DNA of 63,879 nucleotides, the filler included, from Folioceros fuciformis (lineage: Eukaryota), in the NCBI GenBank assembly GCA_049999805.1. It is 7 parts of 7 records of this genome, joined end to end, with 100 filler letters (N's around TTAATTAATTAA, not from the genome) between each part and the next. Parts side by side here need not be neighbours in the genome. Positions count along the whole stretch, not along the records: positions 19,129 to 47,204 come from JBNGIO010003316.1; positions 47,305 to 60,709 come from JBNGIO010003317.1; 5 more parts are not named here. One strand, written 5' to 3'. Below the pieces are notes generated by a model, which was not told the origin of the DNA, ran no database searches, and worked only from the letters and a program-made list of their open reading frames with translations. A program made the translations under genes and the position numbers. This document shows, piece by piece, positions 46,553-60,118 of the stretch. The stretch's first letter is position 1. Each line of letters starts with the position of its first letter.

Positions 46553-47304
46553 CCACATTCTCCGGGAACGATCTTTGAGTCGATCTCACTTCATGTAAAA
46601 TTTTGGAAATTTTGGAGCGGGAGTGCAATGGCCCATGGCCACGAGCCGAGTTGATCGGACACTGACCGTCCGTGACTTTGTCGATGAAAACAATGGGGCG
46701 GTTCTTCATCTCGTCTGCCTTGTGCGAACGTGTTAGATTCTCCCGATGTCGCCTCACCTCTTCGGCTGGTTAACATCGACCGAGCAACAAGCTCGTGGCA
46801 TTGTCCTGACGTATAAACCAACATAAGACACCCCCTTCACAGGAATGTGTGCAGGACGAGTATGGGAATTGGGCCGCAGTCGAATTGCTTAATGGTACTT
46901 CCTGCAGGGTGCAGATCAAGCCGTGCTCCTCGAACGTCATCTGGAGCTCGGTAGCGTAAAGAGCAGAGTAAGCTTCGGGGTAGAGTAGGACCTGGAACAA
47001 AGGCCAGCGTAAGGTTGCTCGGCCAGAGTAAGATTGCAGACGCCAGGCAGCTACAGAAATGGAGGTTTCCCGGGAGTCTCAAACACGCTTCAGGCAAGGC
47101 GGACAAGGCGGGAAGCCAGGTTGTCATTTGGAGCTCCAAGTGCCGTCGCAATGTTCAACCTCATGCCTGACTTCGACTGTGATGGAATTTCTGCGTCTAG
47201 GAGTNNNNNNNNNNNNNNNNNNNNNNNNNNNNNNNNNNNNNNNNNNNNTTAATTAATTAANNNNNNNNNNNNNNNNNNNNNNNNNNNNNNNNNNNNNNNN
47301 NNNN

Positions 47305-48277
47305 CTAGAAATCAAGCCTGGTTGAGTGAACTGGGGAGGCCGGGAGGGATTTGGTTGGGATGGGATAAGGTAAGGGCTGGAGCTGGATCAGCGATGCGCC
47401 GGAATAGATGGGGCAGGGAGGAATGGGGTTAGCTGCTGGCTTCCTAGCTGGCTGAGCGCTGCTAGGCTAGAATCTAGAATTACGGGTCTGGGCAGTGGGA
47501 GTGGAGCTGGCTGGATCAGTTATGTGGTTGAGAGGGCGCCGATGGGAAATGAACAAAGGAGATCGGGGATGGAAGTGGATCAGGAGATCGACAAGGTTGT
47601 GTCATTCAGCGGTCCCTACAACGCTCAAGTCCTACAGCTTAGCTGAAGCTCATTTGGTGCACATTCAATCCCAACTCTCGAGGTTCTTCTACCTGCAGCT
47701 TGGATCCAAGGAAGAAACAAGATTAGGAGGTTGACAAGGAAGGGGAAAAAGGAAAATGTAGGAGGAGGAAGAAAGGAACCCGAGGGAGGAAGGGGATGGG
47801 GATGAGAGCGGCCGCATTTTTGCCCTAGCTAAGCTGCAACCCTCATGGCCGTTCGGTCAATCATGCAACCCTGTCAACCAACCAGACCTTGCCATATCCT
47901 ATTACACCTTGACATATCCCCATATTCCCGCTCCTACGTTGAAACAATTATTTAATTATTTAATATTATCTATCTTTAATGAATATTAAACCTATCACCA
48001 AACCTAAATTCAAACCTTCCCGACCCTATGGTCCGGTACCATACCTAAATGTTTCCAGGTCTAGGACCAAACTTATACCCACTCTAATACATTTACTAGT
48101 CAATTAACTTAATTAGTACAAGGAAAAATAAGAAAAATGATAAAAAAAATAAAAAAAATAAGGGGAAATAAGTAGAAAAAGAAAACCAAACCATACTGCT
48201 TCAAACCCTTTTTCAACCAAAACAAACCACTATCCCAAACTTTGGAGGTTCACTACCCCAAACTTTGGAGGTTCACG
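47305..48277 (-). mobile_element. LTR fragment (TGTGAAC family), inverted, with a 23-bp tandem duplication of its terminus
   Basis: Reverse complement matches 14679-15075 and 8073-8314. CCCAAACTTTGGAGGTTCAC occurs twice, in 48231-48253 and 48254-48276. Confidence 0.65.
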
Positions 48278-49067
48278 TAGATGCTGCTCAGCTACCCTCC
48301 TACTTCTACCCTTCGAGTCAAAGCAAGTGATGGCCGCATGCTTGAATGATGTCATCTGCATGAACACTGCGCATAGCAACCTATGATCGCTTGCACAATG
48401 TTTGGTTTTATTCTATTCAAGATGCTATATAAGACCTGTGAATGCAAGTGTTTTTGGTCCAGGCCTAGGTCTAGAATTTGTCCCAAAAGGGTATCCGCAA
48501 CCATTGACATAGTTGCACAGCTGTCGTCCAGCTGCCGTCATGTTGCGGATGCTCGGCGTAGCTCATAATGCCATATCGTGCGCCTGTGCATGGGCTGCAA
48601 TGGTGGCATTGGTGCAACTTTTGTGTGCACGCGTAAGTTACCACCATTGAGACCATGCCCGATAGTGTGCCCATGGTGTAGAATAGGTGCGCCCGCGCGC
48701 AGGCAACTAGTGGCGACACCACCTCTAGCAAGGTGACGGTGGGGTAGCCTACGTGGGAGCGCGCGTCCGCCCCCCATCGTGACCACCCCTGGCAAGGTGT
48801 TGGTGGTGAGGCTTGGTCGCATGCGCGCGTCGACTACCAATAGCGACCTCACCTCTGGCAAGTTGCCGGGGGTGCAGCCTGTGCGCAAGCGTTGAGGCAG
48901 TCACCGGCGACACCACCATTGCCAAGGTGCCGGGGGTGTAGATGGGGTGCGCGTGCTTGGGCTACCATCGGTGACACCAACAGCGGTAGGGTGCCGATTG
49001 AGCAAAGGGCCTCACCCTTGCTCGACGAGGCCACCTTCGGAGACGGTGGCTCCTGGAGCCACTTAAG

Positions 49068-49903
49068 AGTGCCCCTCTTGGGCGGACTCCACACTATGGC
49101 CCATCTACCATTCTGACTACATCTCTTGCAAGTGGAACCCGTTTGGAGGCCTCTGTATTGGTTGGTCACCCACCAGTGAGTGGCCCCACACACTTGCCTT
49201 GAACACCTCTAGCTCTCGCAACAACGTGGGGTGCTCCTCCGATCCGCAACTTGGTCTTCGCCGTTGACATTGCATTTATTGCCTCCGCAGCATGTCAAGA
49301 TACCTCCACCTGTTGAAGATCTTGTTTGCAACTTGCACAACCTTCCTCAGCCTTCTCAACTTGCTCCAATCCCACTATCCTCTTGCTATAGTTACAATGA
49401 TTTCTAGTGTTGCCTCCACACCACAACCATCCTCAATCACTCGTGTAAGGTCCAATTTGCATAGCTGATGCCTATGTGACCATTAGCATATAAGGTCCCC
49501 TTTGCCGGCTCGAGTCCTCTTTCATGAAGTGCCCCTTTTGGGTGGAGCTAACTCTACACTATGGCTCGCCTACCATTCTGACTGCATCTCTTGCTTATGG
49601 AACCCTTTTAGAGGCCTCTGCATAGGTTGGCCACCCACCAGTGAGTGGCACCACACACTTGCCTCGAACACCTCTAGCTCCTGCAACAATGTGGGGTGCT
49701 CCTCCGATCTGCAACTTGGTCTTCGCCATTGATGTTGCAGTTGTTGCCTCTGGAGCATGTCAACATACCTCCACCTAATGAAGACCATATTTGCAACGTG
49801 CACAACCTTCCTCAGCCTTCTCTACTTGCTCCAATCCCACTGTCCTCTTGTTGTGGCTACAATGATTTCTGGTGTTGCCTCTGCACCATAGCCATCCTCA
49901 ACC
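49068..49903. repeat. Diverged tandem duplication (~375 bp copies, period ~460 bp)
   Basis: 49068-49440 aligns with 49528-49903 (e.g. CCACCAGTGAGTGG, GAACACCTCTAGCTC, CACAACCTTCCTCAGCCTTCTC). Confidence 0.85.
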
Positions 49904-49911
49904 GTGGTGTT

Positions 49912-50030
49912 GAGCCTTCAACCTTGGGTGCACACATCAGCCTTTAGCCTTCAACCTTGTGTGCACACATCAGCCTTTAGCCTTCAGCCTTGTGCACACG
50001 TCAGCGTTCAGCCTTCAGCCTTGTACACGT
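49912..50030 (+). repeat. ~33-bp tandem repeat x3-4
   Basis: Unit GCCTTCAACCTTG(G/T)GTGCACACATCAGCCTTTA and variants. Confidence 0.85.
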
Positions 50031-50225
50031 TGGCTATGTTGAGTACGAGAATCTGTGGTAGATTGTACCGTATATTCTCGTATAAAATATGTATAGCAGA
50101 AAAAAAAACCCAGATTGCAAAGAACTACCGACCCTGATGAACGTGCGTTCAAACTCGTTTAACCTATGATTTCCTGCCAGCTTCGGCTTGCAGGGCAACA
50201 AACTTCACCATCCGAATGATCGGCG

Positions 50226-52890
50226 ATGGCGGTTGCATTCCGTCAGCGCCTGATGCTACCAGGCCGCATCAATTTCCCTGTTTCTGCTGACTTTGCCACC
50301 ACAGGGAGCTCTCAGATATGGGTAGTGCGTCCACCCATCACCTGTCTTAACGGGGCTCTGGGAATCTGTATCCGGCGTTGTTCAGATGTCGGTGATCCCC
50401 TCCTCGGAAAGCATTTTCGGAAGATCACTTGGCGGTTTCCAGCTGTCTTTGCTTCTGCAGAGTCCAGCTCTGGCTCTGAACCTCGGCACAGCTCTGATGT
50501 TCAGGTAATTTCGCATTTCTGTAACTAGATACCCTTCTCTCTAGCAATGGGTGATGTTTTCTGGGGTTGTTCTACTTCAGGTTGGTTCTGGACTCTACGG
50601 GCGCATTTCGATTTTTCCCAGCAGTACTTGTGCGGCAGCGAGCCAGTTTGTGGCGGCCAACTATCTACCTCTAGGTACTTCATTAACTATGCAGTCGTGG
50701 GTGGTTCTGTTTCTCCACTACAAGGCTGTTCAAGGCCCCGGTTCCCGTCTTGCAGTGCTCGTGGCTGGTGTTCTAGCGGGATTGGCGTCACCTGGACCAG
50801 GGCAAGTAGCGCATCAGTTGGGGCTGTCCAGATGGACAACCTGTGGCATCTTCTTTGTTTCAGGTAAGCTGTGGGTAGCTTTTGCTTTCTTCGTCTTGAT
50901 CTTGATCCAAGCTCTGTATTATACTCGTGGCACTCATTGAGCTTGGGTGGTGGGATGACCGGCAGGCTTGAATCTGCGAAGTGGAGAGCTAAAACAAGCA
51001 GCTCAGGCCTGGCCTGTGGCTTTATTTGCACTGGTCCGCTGCGGAAGCTCTCTCATATTCCCAGCAGCTCAATGTTTCCTGAATGTTCGATAGGTTAGTC
51101 ATGGCCAAAGTTGGGAAAGACCTGTGATGGTTCTGCGCCCGTAGCGGGACTCACGTCTTGGTTTTTGTTTTCAGACATCAATTTTACTGATTACCCCACT
51201 GGCGGCTATTCCTGTTCTTCGCTTGCAACTGTCCCCTAAGGAGCTGTCTACAGGTGAACATTGTGTTGTCTGTTCTCTCTCTTTTCTTCTTCTGGAAATG
51301 GTCTTGAGCTTGTTCCAAATCGATCCATCATGTTCGTTCATTTGTTACATGTAAAGTATTCCAAACTTGATCGACGTTGGCTGCCGTTGCAGGCCTGGCT
51401 ATCTTTTTCTGTGTGCCTACAACATTGTCAAGTGCTGTCTCCTTGACACAGGTGCGTGCAGTGAACAGATGCACAGAAAAAAACTGCATTGTCGCATCAT
51501 GTTCTCACGTCGTCATGTTGGTTTGATGATTGTTGAACAGCTTGCAGGTGCAAACACAGCGTTGGCTCTAGCTCTGACGGTGGCTTCAAACGTACTTGGA
51601 ATTTTAACGGTTAGATGAAGTTCATCCCTCTTATGCAGTCACAGGCTCCTAACTCTAGGAACGTCTGCAGTTGGTGACAAGCTGAACCCTTGGTACATGC
51701 AGATGCCTGTTGTGTTGTCCAAATTGTTTGCCAGCGGTGGTTTTGTTGCCATCGCTGCTGGTCCTCTCTTCCGAAGTCTAGTGCAAACCATATTGGTTCC
51801 GCTTCTGATTGGAAAGGTGCCTCCTCCATTTCCTCTTGTGCCTTAGCTTGATGATGGAGCACGTAATTGTCAGAGATCGTTGAAGCTCTTTTGACCTGCA
51901 AGCAAAGTTGGGAGGTAGTTTTTCTCATGGACTGACTAGTCGTTTCATGTGCTTTTGCTACTTCATCAGATCTGTCGAAATCTTCTTAGTAAGTGGAAAA
52001 TTCTCAAGGATGTGAAGAGGTTTTGCTTATATGCAGTAGCTGGAAGTCTTTGTACTGGTCCAACAATGCATGTTTTATTGTCCTGTCAGACCTTGGTAGG
52101 TGGGTAGACGGAAGGAAGACGCAGCTTTCCATGCTGAGCAGCTCCTTTTTAGCCCTGGTTTGCTTCTTCTGCCATTTCCTTCAGTCGCCTGGAATGTCTG
52201 CTTGTTCACGTTGTTCCTATCCTCACTTCGTTGCATATCAGGTGCCATGGATGCAAGTGAGCTGTTCAAAGACCTTGCTGCTGCAAATTGATCCGCTCAA
52301 CTTGCTCTCGGCAGTAGTTGTAGGCACGTAAGCATGTGTTGGCCGTCGAACATTTCTTCTCCCCTGTTAGTTGCCCCTAAATGAAGAGTTTTATGTGTCT
52401 ATTCTCTGCAGAATCGTCCACGTCGTGTACCTGGTGTGCAACACAGTCGTGGCACAGCTACTCGCACCTTTGTCAGGCTTAACAAGCGATGAAGTAACTG
52501 CTGCGCAACGTGCAGTAGTACTTGTGACAAGCCAGGTGAGGGGCATGTCCAATACTTCCTTGCGAGGGCTTGCGTGAGTATCTCAGGTCATCTGAAGTGC
52601 CACTGCCGTGTCGTTGTTGTGCTTCTGCAGAAGACTCTTCCTGTAGCTGTTGCAGTAATAGGGAAGCTTGGAGGAACTTTGGGGGCAGCTGGTATTCTGG
52701 TCTTGCCTTGCATAGCGCTGCATGTGATTCAGGTTTGTTGCTCAACGCCTTGACCTTTGCCGACTTTGTGTTGTCCACGTTGGGAGTTCTTTCACGAGAA
52801 CTCTTGTTTTATCAGATAACTATGGACTCGTTTCTCGTGAGCTACTGGGTCAACTCTAGGACACCAGCGCCCGCTTCCTCACCGGAGTAG
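50226..52890 (+). CDS. BASS4: Probable sodium/metabolite cotransporter BASS4, chloroplastic (multi-exon)
   Basis: Transit-peptide-like N-terminus. Exons FVAANYLPL, TCGIFFVSG|LNLRSGE..AWP, LAIFFCVPTTLSSAVSLTQ|LAGANTALAL..SNVLGILT, VPLLIGK, VPWMQVS, LVTSQ|KTLPVAVAV, GILVLPCIA, ITMDSFLV. Confidence 0.92.
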
Positions 52891-54037
52891 TCACTCGAAA
52901 TGCCTTCCTGGAGTTCGTACTTGATGGAGCCTTTTCTGTAAAGCGCTGTCAACTGAAACTGAACTATTTGACGCACACGATTTGGTTGGTCTTTTCTATG
53001 AAAAGGTTTACCGTAACCTGACCACCTCCTCAGTTTTTGTCTCCAAGAGCAGAGATGCTGGTCTCCGTAGTCGGGGTCGCTGCCGGGTGAGACGACGTGT
53101 AGGATAAACTGTTGCCGTTTTCGCTGGGCTGGGACCGCGCCTGTGTATAAGCACCCGATTCCGCCCTTGATGGTGCTTGTGGGGCCACATCCAGGCATCC
53201 TGTTGTCCCTTTAAACCGGCTCCAAGTGTCCCACAAGCACAGCTTGTACAAATTGCTTACGCTCCTGCTGGGCCAGAAACCATAGCTGTGTTACAGACAA
53301 GAATGTGATCGCTTTGACCCGCGCGGGTTGGGCAAATGTTAACGATTCGAAACACCTCACCTTCGTCCGTAATTGTAAGTCCTAAACAGCGCCGCCGACC
53401 CGGTTCGTTATCCAAATCTTTGTCGCAAAAATCACTTTTCTCATTGTGTCAGCTGACTCTCGAAGTTTGGGGTGGTATCGAATTCTGATAGTCTTCCAGG
53501 TGAGTTAGAGTGCGCCCGGGGTACAATGCCTAGCTCCTCGTTGGTGCAAACAGGTGGTGGATCGGGCACCTGATCTCGTCATGGAGGCATTTGGTACGGG
53601 AGGATTCATATAGTCTTCTGTGAGTCCTTACCAGTAAAGCAGTCTGTGCCAAGTCTCGTGCAAGGAGTGAACAACAAATGCTTACAGTTCCCCCCTCCTC
53701 GTCGCAATGTTTCCTTTCTCGCCAAACCGCGGAACTTGAGGCTGCTGCCCAGAAGGCGACATTTTCAGACATCAGAAGATGGTAAGAGCAATGTGCCCTT
53801 CACCACTCAGCTTTTATTTAGGTAGCAGTCAATGAATCGTCCTAAAAGCTAGAAATTCGTGAAAAGAATGTGTCCCCCTAAATTCTGGCCTAACTCTACC
53901 CCACTTTCCGAGAGTTTTGAGTCCTCATGGAGCCAAGTTGGACTCTCTCGACGGTGATACCCGTGCAGTTACGACAACGCTTCGGACCAACCGAAGATTC
54001 CTCCTGGCCGATTGCCGACCCCAGCAATATCTGTTGC

Positions 54038-55253
54038 CTAGTTGATGCGATGACAATCCAGGCGTATTTCTCCAGCATTGCCAGTCTTGACATCGAGGGC
54101 TCCCAACTTTCCCATGGCTTCCACAAACTTGGAGGCAAACAAGTGAGGATTCTGGCTGTAGCGCACCACGGTATGGCGGGTGGCGGAATCATCGTAGAGA
54201 GTCTGGTCGGAACGGAACAGGCCCCTGTTGGCTACCAGGCTCTTGTAGTAGCCATTGTCAAAAGCCTTGGGCGAATCGGAGTCCATGAAGATGCGAGAGC
54301 CGCCGTTGGATGCAGGACATTGAGCCTGCAGATCCTTGGCGAAGGCCGGGTCAAGGGTCAAGTCCAGCGGTGAAAGTCTGAACGCCTGGACCACACTGCA
54401 GCGGGCCTGCCCGATTGTGTGGGCGCCGGAGAGCGTGACCATGTCGTCTTGGCTCATTCCCCTGTTTGCGAAGCTTTGAGTGAGCTGCTCCGCGTTCAGG
54501 TTTGGTCCGGGCAGAGAGGCGGTTTCTGACGCCAGAGAAACTGTACCGTCTCTTCTACCACCCGCAACACTATACCAGGGGCCCCCATTCTGCATCCACA
54601 TTCACGGTCATTTAGTCTCGAGATGGAGCTGCGCAACAAGCGTGCGTCTTGCAGGCCGCAGCCTGTGTTTCAAATCCTCTTCACGACAGCTTTCATGTTT
54701 AAGCGTGAGATGGGTTGTTCAGGCTTACAAGAGCGACGCTGTCCCGTGTGGCGAAGACGAGAATGTCCGCGCAGGAGACGGTGCGTGGGCACTCGGCTTC
54801 GATCTTGGCCTTCGCCGCGTCCAGGACCTCGAACCCTCGGAGGCTGCCTCTGTTCGGCCCTCCGTCTTTCTCCGCCGGGTTATTGCTGTCTGTCGTGTCT
54901 AGCAGTACAGAAGCATCACATCCCTGCAGCACCAAACCCAAAGGCATCAGAGTTGAAGAGACTGTCCACACCGAAATCTCGATTGCCACTTGAATAATCT
55001 GAGTGTGGTTGTATACCCGGATAAAGCAATCGTGGAACATCATCCGCAAAAAAGCGCCCGCCAATCCTGGGTTGTCGTGGAGAGCGCTTCTCACAGCATC
55101 GTACACTATGGATTCTGCCTGTGGGCAGCTGTGCTTGTAGAACCTTGCCCGCAAACCCGAATGCGACCGATCGCGTGCTGTTGCAAAGGTCAGGTTGAGG
55201 CAGATTGCGTAGATTGCCAGAGCAATAATCAGAATTTGCCGTGCTCGAGCCAT
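54038..55253 (-). CDS. Class III secretory peroxidase (3 exons)
   Basis: Signal peptide; [79 protein letters not shown]. Confidence 0.97.
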
Positions 55254-56309
55254 GATGGTGTGTCTTTCCGATTGATCTTGAACACTGGCAGCTATCAACA
55301 ATAGGGCCTGGACCCGAAATCAGTCGAGAATGAGAAGAGACTTGTCAGTGAAGTTGATCGCGACCGTTCCGAGAGCCAAGAAGCTTGAAGATGGAGCGAG
55401 GGCTGCCAGAGGCACACAGCACTTCAGTTGACTGGCCGTTGCCGCAACTGTGGGGGACTAAATAGGACGTCATGGCCTATTATCCCAGGACGGGACTGAC
55501 CTCGTACCGCGTCAAGCACAACACGTACGAAGGTCAAGTCGTTTCCCGCGGATGGCAGAGCTGCTGGGAACCTAATCACATCGCGGCGCTCAGCACGCTA
55601 TTGGACAGAACTGTAAAACCTTGAATCGGTTGAGTCCGTACGCGTCTACCCAATTTCCAGAGACCTTCCTGTCCATCCCCACAATTTCAGCATGCTCACG
55701 GCTTGACGGCATCACGGCAGTACCAGGACTACTTGGCCGCAGCACTTTCCCCCTCATTCCCAGATCTTTATTTAACGTGGTTGAAAACTATTCAATTCAA
55801 TACATTGTGCAGGGGATTCAAATCCTCGCGAGTTGGGGAAGGGAGTCATAAACACTTCATACCGGGTAGCGTTGGCATGAAACGGTGTCCAGCATCTGGG
55901 TGTACGGTGTCCAGCAATACGGTGTTCAGTATTAAATACATTGTTCTTCTTTTAGCAACCTCAAAGTGGTTGAATGGCGGTGAATATCAAATAACACTTA
56001 CTTGGACGTCATTGATGTAAAGCGTTCAGTTCGCTTCCGTTTCTCGGAGTCCTACTGAAATTTGTTGCCAGGATCGTTTGACAGCATATGTTGTATGAAT
56101 CACACCACTAGGAGTAGCAAGTGGAGTCAGCAAGCAGAATCTGATCGTAATCACTGGCCATGTTATGATGCTTGTCGTTTCCAAGTCCCATGACAGAAAT
56201 CCGTGGTCCTCAGTGGAGTTCTTCTTCTTGTTTCTTAGTAGGAATGCAAGGTGAGCCTTGAGTTTGGTGTGAGTCTTAGTGAGCAGCCTGAGAGAACATG
56301 AGCTAGGAT

Positions 56310-57530
56310 GTTCTCGTAACCACCTACCTAGGTTTAGCCGTCTTCCCCGTCTTGCAGTGGTCTTTCCGGTGTTCTCATGCACGGAGCTGGTGTTATCAGG
56401 ATCAGGGCAAGTAGGTCAACAGCTAGGGCTGTACAGATGTAGCACTTGTGGCATCTTCCTTGTTTCTGGTAAGCTCCGGATACCTGTTCCCTCTTCATCT
56501 TGATTTTGATCCGAGCTCTGTTTGTCACCGATGCTAGTTTACAAGCTTGGTTGACTGGACGATCTACAGGCTTGAGTTTTCGAAGTGGAGAGCTTTTAGC
56601 AAACAGCCCAGGCCTGGACTCAGGCTTTATTTGCTCTGGTGTGCTGCGAAAGCTCTTTCATCTCCCGGCAGCTCAATGTTTCGTGAATGTCGATAGGTTA
56701 GTTATGGCCAACATTGGGAACTACCTGCGTACATTCCTGTGCCAGTTGTGGGACTCATTTCTCTGATTTTGTTTGCAGATGTTGATTTTTCTGCTCACCC
56801 CACTGCCAACCATTCCTGTCCTTCGCCTGCGACTTTCCCTCAAGGAACTGGCTCAGGTAATGTCGTGATTTTGAGAATCTTTTTGAGTTTGTTCTAACAT
56901 GGATTGCCATTCAGCTCTGTCACATGTGAAGTTGAACGGAGGCTGCCATTACAGGCCTGACTACCCTTTTTTGTGTGCCTAAGCAATATCAAGTGCTGTT
57001 TCCCTAACTCAGGTATGTTAATGAACAGATGGAAACTGTGCTGCCGAACGTGTTCTGAAGTCATCATGTCATGTTGGACCTATGACTGTTGAACACCTTG
57101 CAGGTGCACATACAGCACTGGCTCTAGAAGTGACACTTGCTTCAAACATATTTGGAATTTTAACGGTGAGAGGTGAGCTCCTCTCATCTTTGTATTTACA
57201 GGCTCTAGGCATACCCTTCTTTATTTGTGCTTGTTAAAGATGTGCATACCCTCACTTCGGTGCGCATGAAGTACCATGGATGAGCTGTTCCAAGACCCTG
57301 CTCTGCAAACTTACCAGCCAACTTGCTCCCGGCAATAGTTGTGGGCACGTAAGCATGTGTTGCACGTGGAGAATTTGTCAAGCTCTCCTCCCCTGTTACT
57401 CACCCCTATATTGTGCGTGTTCTGTGTCCATTCTCTGTCGTGTACTCCTATACTTGCAAGGGGTCGCTGTAGTTACCTTGTGTTTCGTCAAGTTGGAAGT
57501 CTTATTGGGAAGACCTCTGGTGATCAGATA
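56310..57530 (+). pseudogene. Decayed tandem duplicate of BASS4
   Basis: Exons and introns align with 50660-52520 (e.g. TGTGGCATCTTCCTTGTTTCTGGTAAGCT; TTGCAGGTGCACATACAGCACTGGCTCTAG; GTACCATGGATGAGCTGTTC). Has frameshifts and stops, and the middle exons are missing. Confidence 0.88.
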
Positions 57531-57754
57531 AGGTCAAAAATAGGACATCAGCACTCGTTCCCTGCTGGAGTAGGCCTAAGTCACTCGGAGAGGGTACGCA
57601 TGTGCACTGCGTACCTCACGGAGCCTTCTCTGCTAAAACTCTATAAAATAAAACTTTTGCTGCAAATAATTTAACGGATGTAGCCTATTTGGTTGATGAG
57701 TACTTTGAAATGATCTGCTCATCAGAGCTGGCCACCATCGCCAGTTATTTCTTA

Positions 57755-58973
57755 TCAACCCCAGGGACGCTGATTTCCACAGCCAAGATTGCTGCCGGGT
57801 GAGACGCCCAAAATGCCTGTGTAGCGAAGGAAGAAACCGATGCGGTTTTGCCCGCTGGGATCCTCTCCGTGTCCGCACTCGATTCCGCCGTTGACGATAT
57901 TGGTGGTAGCGCCAAATCCAGGTAGCCTGTTGGCACTCTTATCTGCGGGGGAGGGCTTCCACTGTCCCGTAATCACAGCGTGTGCTGATGGCTTGGGCGC
58001 CTGCGCAGTCATCCAGAACCAGATAGCTGTTTTCCAGACAAGGATGTGATCGTTTTCCACCAGCTCGGGGTGAGTTAAGAGAGGCAGATTCAGCGCGTCT
58101 CCCGCTTGCCCGTAGTTGTAGTTCCTGCACAATGCACACCCAGTATCCGAAGAAAAGAATGTTGAATTGTGAAAGCACGGTCACATCTTGACACCAGGCT
58201 CGCAGAAGTGAAGATTGATTGCTTACCAGGTGAGTTGGAGTGATCCCCTGCCACAGTAGCTCTTCCCGGGGGTACACGGATACTCAGACGATGGATCGCA
58301 ATAGCCGTCAACCGGGCACCCGATCTCTTCTTTGAAGCAGAGACCCCAGGCGTACGGGCCGTCGGGGGCAGTGGGCCATCCGCCTTTGGAAAAGGTCCAT
58401 TTGACGATGCCGTCAGGTAAATCTGGTATGGTAGGATGCGTGATGGGTTCATGTATATATAGCAGTGCGTGGGTTCTTACCGGTAGTCTCATGCGAGCAG
58501 TGAGCAAGAAACGCTGCAAGCTCCTTCCTCCTCGTCGCAATATCGCCTACGTTCCCGAACTGAGGGAAGGAGGCTGTAGCAGTGAGGAAAGCGCCGTAGG
58601 TGTAGGTCCCCGCAGCAGCGCAGGCAGCATCGTCGGTGTGCAGGAAGAAATGGTGGAAAATGCTGGCCGTGATGATGCTTCCGACTCCGGAACCACCGGG
58701 TGCAGGGCCTGCAGGCCGCGATCCCGAAGCAGATGTCGGTTCCGAACTGCAGGGGCCTGACAAGCACCCATCCCCGCAGTAGTCTGCAGTGGTGCCACAG
58801 TGGTTATACTGGCTGCAGCACAGTGAGTTTGCGCAATGCCTTGTGGGGCTGCAATCTTTCGCCACCACCCGGATGGACTCCCACCGCAAGAGCACGGATC
58901 CCATGATCCCCACAACAGCTGCCAGCTGGAGAAGAGATCGTGGAATCCCTGGATCCCCTCCCCGTACGGCCAT
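57755..58973 (-). CDS. Class I chitinase (hevein domain + GH19), 3 exons
   Basis: [24 protein letters not shown]; Pro/Gly hinge; [76 protein letters not shown]. Confidence 0.96.
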
Positions 58974-60118
58974 GCTGCTCGTGGAGTGGATGGCGCTGGG
59001 CAACAGTGGTACCACCTGGTAAGCCTACATGTATGTCAGAACAGGCACATACATGCGGCCAATGCTTCCGCATATGGCCAAGGCAAAGACAGGGGAGATC
59101 CCAGATTCCCACCAGGAAGGAAGACGACGACAACGATTGGCTGGCGGGCAATATGACGTCCCCGCACACAGACTCAGACGGTGGCGGCTGGCTTACTGCT
59201 TCCCATAAGTGGATCCCATTTGTTAGGAACAAAGCCAGGTTCTGGACAGCAGGTTCGATGCCAAGGGTCAAGTCTTTTTGATGCATGTCAACCTCCCTGC
59301 TCATGCCCATCCATACCTCCATTCAGGACTCCCACTTGAAGTTGTGCCTACTCCTTACGGTCCCTTGATCAAGGGACGTGTGGCACAGGGATGTTCCGCT
59401 CACAGACCGCCGGTCTACATAGTGCCGCAGTCCTATTTTTATGGGGCCAGCCAGGCTTTGTTCTCCCAGAAGCACGACTTCTGTCTCATCCTTCTTTCTC
59501 GTATTGAAACGTCACTCAACCCCTTTGTCTCGAACGTGGATAGTCTGCGTGCACGATGGAAGCTACAGCAGTGGCTATAAATTGCGTTCGGACATGCCAG
59601 ACTTCCACTGAAATATTAGGTACTTAAAAACAAACATAATACTAAATAGATACATACGCCATAATAACATATGATTTTTGAATGAGATGTAAGAGAATGA
59701 GGTTGTGTGCGCATAGACCTTTTCTCTAATTAAAGTGTTTTTCTTTAACTACGAGTTTTTTTTTTTATCATAGACTATGTGACACAAAACAGCCTTGTGT
59801 TAGGCTTAATAATACGGCTTGCTAGAATCAATTATCTATGGATAGATTACTATAAAAGAGCAATAATTGGGCAGTGAATTTCAAGTGGGAAGAAGATGCA
59901 TATAATGGAGGTGAAGGAATATCTTTATTTTAATATATATAATATTTCATTTATTTACTTGTTTATCAAGCGCTTTGGGTGCTTTAGCTGCAGCAAAAAT
60001 GAAGAATGTACTCTACGAACATGATTTACAGTGTAATCTTTTGTGGAAGTGTGGAATAATTTGGCTTTCCTTTTTGTATTATGATTCCAATAACCACACG
60101 GCAGCAAAATACTAGACT

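Noticed and set aside
46770-47204. Minus-strand ORFs at contig end; likewise ORFs 43487-43792 and 58804-59322
   Set aside because: No recognisable motif; cannot distinguish gene fragments from chance ORFs.
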